Source: Nemertoderma westbladi (Eukaryota > Animalia > Xenacoelomorpha). Taken from it: a stretch of DNA of 64,000 bases. Positions 62,154 through 64,000 of the stretch are shown one piece after another; position 1 is the first letter of the stretch, and the number at the start of each line of letters is the position of its first letter. The notes under the pieces are model-generated. The model made no database searches. It was not told the origin of the DNA and worked only from the letters and a program-made list of their open reading frames with translations. Position numbers and translations under genes: made by a program. The stretch is taken from positions 1 to 64,000 of the forward strand of contig JAUCBJ010009107.1 of the NCBI GenBank assembly GCA_032718475.1, written 5' to 3'.

Positions 62154-63120
62154 TCAGTCCAATATATTGGACGACTCAAGCCGCTCTACACATCCTAGTG
62201 TATGTGGCGCGTATGGGGTTCTCCTTTCCCACCTGATTATGCGTTTCCTCATCGCCGCCTTGACATCTTCACCCTCCAGGATGTCAAGGGCCTCCGCTAA
62301 CTCGTTCTCCGCGCCCACGAAGTTAGTCCCGTTGTCTGAGTATAATACCTCGACTGTTCCTCCTCTGCGGGTTACAAACCTCTCAAGTGCATTAATAAAT
62401 GCCGACACCATGGCGTCCTGGGCTAGTTCTATCCCCACCGCCCTCGTATTATTGCAGACGAAGATAGTGCCGTAGCATTTCTCCATATGTCGCATCACCT
62501 TTATCTTAATTGGCCCAAACATGTCCACCCCACAGTGTGTGAACGGTGGGTCGTGATGTCTCACCCTGTTGGCCGCTAATGGCGCCATCTCCTGTACGGC
62601 CCTCTCCTTCTTCGTCCGTTTGCAGGTCTGGCACTGCCCCACTACCGCCTTCACCATCTTTCTGAGTTGGATTACCCAGAATGTCTTCCGGATCTCCGTC
62701 AGGGTTTGGTTAGTGCCCCCATATAATATAGACTTATGGGAGTCCCATATGATCTGGTGGACTATTGGTGACTTGTTGGGGATTATTATTGGTTTCGGTG
62801 GAATGACGGGGCTGTTGTTATTTACCACCCTGGAGTTCATGACCAGGATCCCATCATTGTCCAATTGTGGTGACAGCGCGTTGAGGTCGCTGTCTTGACG
62901 AAGGCGTTGTTGTTTGCTGACGCGGTTCACCTCCTCTCCATATCCCTTCCTTTGCTCGTATCGTATCACAGCTTTGGCCGCCCCTTCCCGATCGATGGTG
63001 GGTCTCGTTTTGGTATCCTTACCAACTCCCCTGAGGAAATCTCCGTAGGCCCTCAGATATGCTACTAGCTTCTTAGTCTTATACCAGCTGGAGCTGTAAC
63101 TGAGCAACCTATCCGTTGGG
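62154..63120 (-). pseudogene. pol: BEL/Pao pol: integrase (Zn-binding region plus DDE core), C-terminally truncated
   Basis: H..ILYGG...FWV...CQTCKR (second His replaced by Tyr), PFTHCGVDMFGP, YSDNGTNFVGA, PYAPH..G.VERL, then a stop after a few residues. Out of frame with the upstream pol segment. Confidence 0.93.
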
Positions 63121-63999
63121 TTATCGCACGGCTCTCTTGGTTTTGATTGCCCACGTGGGGTGCAGTGGTGCTTCCTTAATCTCCCTCACTAATTGGCTGA
63201 ATATTTCCTCCCCCTCTGATTCCTCTCCCTCCTCTTCCACTGTCACCCCTTCCGTACATGGGTCTACCTTCCTCATTGGTGGCCAGCTCGACCTATCGTT
63301 AAGGAAGTGTGGGCCGTGCTGCCACAACTCCTGCTTTCTCGAGAAAGTGTGGCATACAACGCCCCTCCATAACAGATCTGCTGGATTGTCGTCGGTTGGG
63401 CAGTAGTGCCACTTCTCCAGATCGGTCGTTGCTCTTATCTCGTCTACTCTATTCGCCACAAATATAGGATAACGCGTCTTCTCGTTATGCAGCCATCCTA
63501 ACACTACCATGGAATCTGTCCAGTAGTGCGTCTCTACTATACTTGGTATAGTGTCCGGCAAGTATGCTGTCGCCCTTACTCCTAGTCTCGCAGCCGTTAG
63601 CTCGAGTTTCGGCACTGATGCTGAATCTGGTGGCATCGACCTCGCTTTACTAAACGCAAGCCTGGGCTTATGAGCCCCCTTTCGCAGTACCAGATAAAGT
63701 GCCGCTCCATATGCTTCCAAGGATGCATCGGAAAACATATGTAGTTCTAAATCGGTCATGTATCCATCCGGGAAGTATACACGTGACATACTATACGTCC
63801 CCATCTCCTCGAGGCTCTCTGTCCATTTGTCCCATTGTCTACTTATCTCCACTGGGACCTCCGTGTCCCAATCGTCTTTCAATTTATACACCTTCCTTAA
63901 TATTTGTTTCCCCGTGACTAACAATGGGGATGCTAGACCTAGGGGATCGTAAATCCTCGCTATGTATGACACATAGCCTCGTTTAGTATGGATCCCGGC
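63121..63999 (-). pseudogene. pol: BEL/Pao pol: RT C-terminal connection and RNase H (Pao 'peptidase A17' region)
   Basis: TKRGYVSYIARIYDPLG, LHMFSDASLEAYGA, PKLELTAA, YWTDSMVVLGW, FVANRV, NPADL.RG, W.HGP.FL. The frame is open to the window edge, with a frameshift near 63125-63150. Confidence 0.95.
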
Positions 64000-64000
64000 A

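Larger units (their letters stand above)
57672..64000 (-). mobile_element. BEL/Pao (Belpaoviridae) LTR retrotransposon, 3' portion, degenerate copy, antisense within a GARNL3 intron
   Basis: Pao-type RNase H region followed by integrase, then an extra ORF, PPT and a TG...CA LTR. Continues beyond the window. Confidence 0.95.

Noticed and set aside
58389-63952. Plus-strand ORFs over the retrotransposon, including 61605-62475
   Set aside because: They are antisense shadows of purine-rich coding sequence or read-through of the 81-bp repeats, with no motifs.

Overview
Animal (eukaryotic) genomic DNA, about 85% tandem repeat. The window lies inside a plus-strand spliced gene recognisable as GARNL3, a RapGAP-domain protein. 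Three coding exons are visible (44282-44393, 46436-46477 cut by a 100-N gap, and 56441-56670); the ORF track misses two and only partly captures the third. The intron between the first two is a U12-type (minor spliceosome) GT-AG intron. Every intron holds a different tandem array: 22 bp, a 40-kb 50-bp satellite with nested higher-order duplications, 17/19 bp, 42 bp and 23 bp. The last intron carries, antisense, the 3' part of a degenerate BEL/Pao LTR retrotransposon (RNase H region, integrase, PPT, 627-bp LTR). The most novel signal is a cargo gene between pol and the 3' LTR, where env would sit. Once one stop codon and one frameshift are repaired it encodes about 850 aa, joining a DEDDy/RNase D-WRN-like 3'-5' exonuclease domain to three CCHC zinc knuckles, and it is preceded by its own ~81-bp tandem repeat. 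All family calls come from motif recognition by eye; no searches were run. The many Cys/Leu-rich ORFs at 2.9-44 kb are satellite artefacts.
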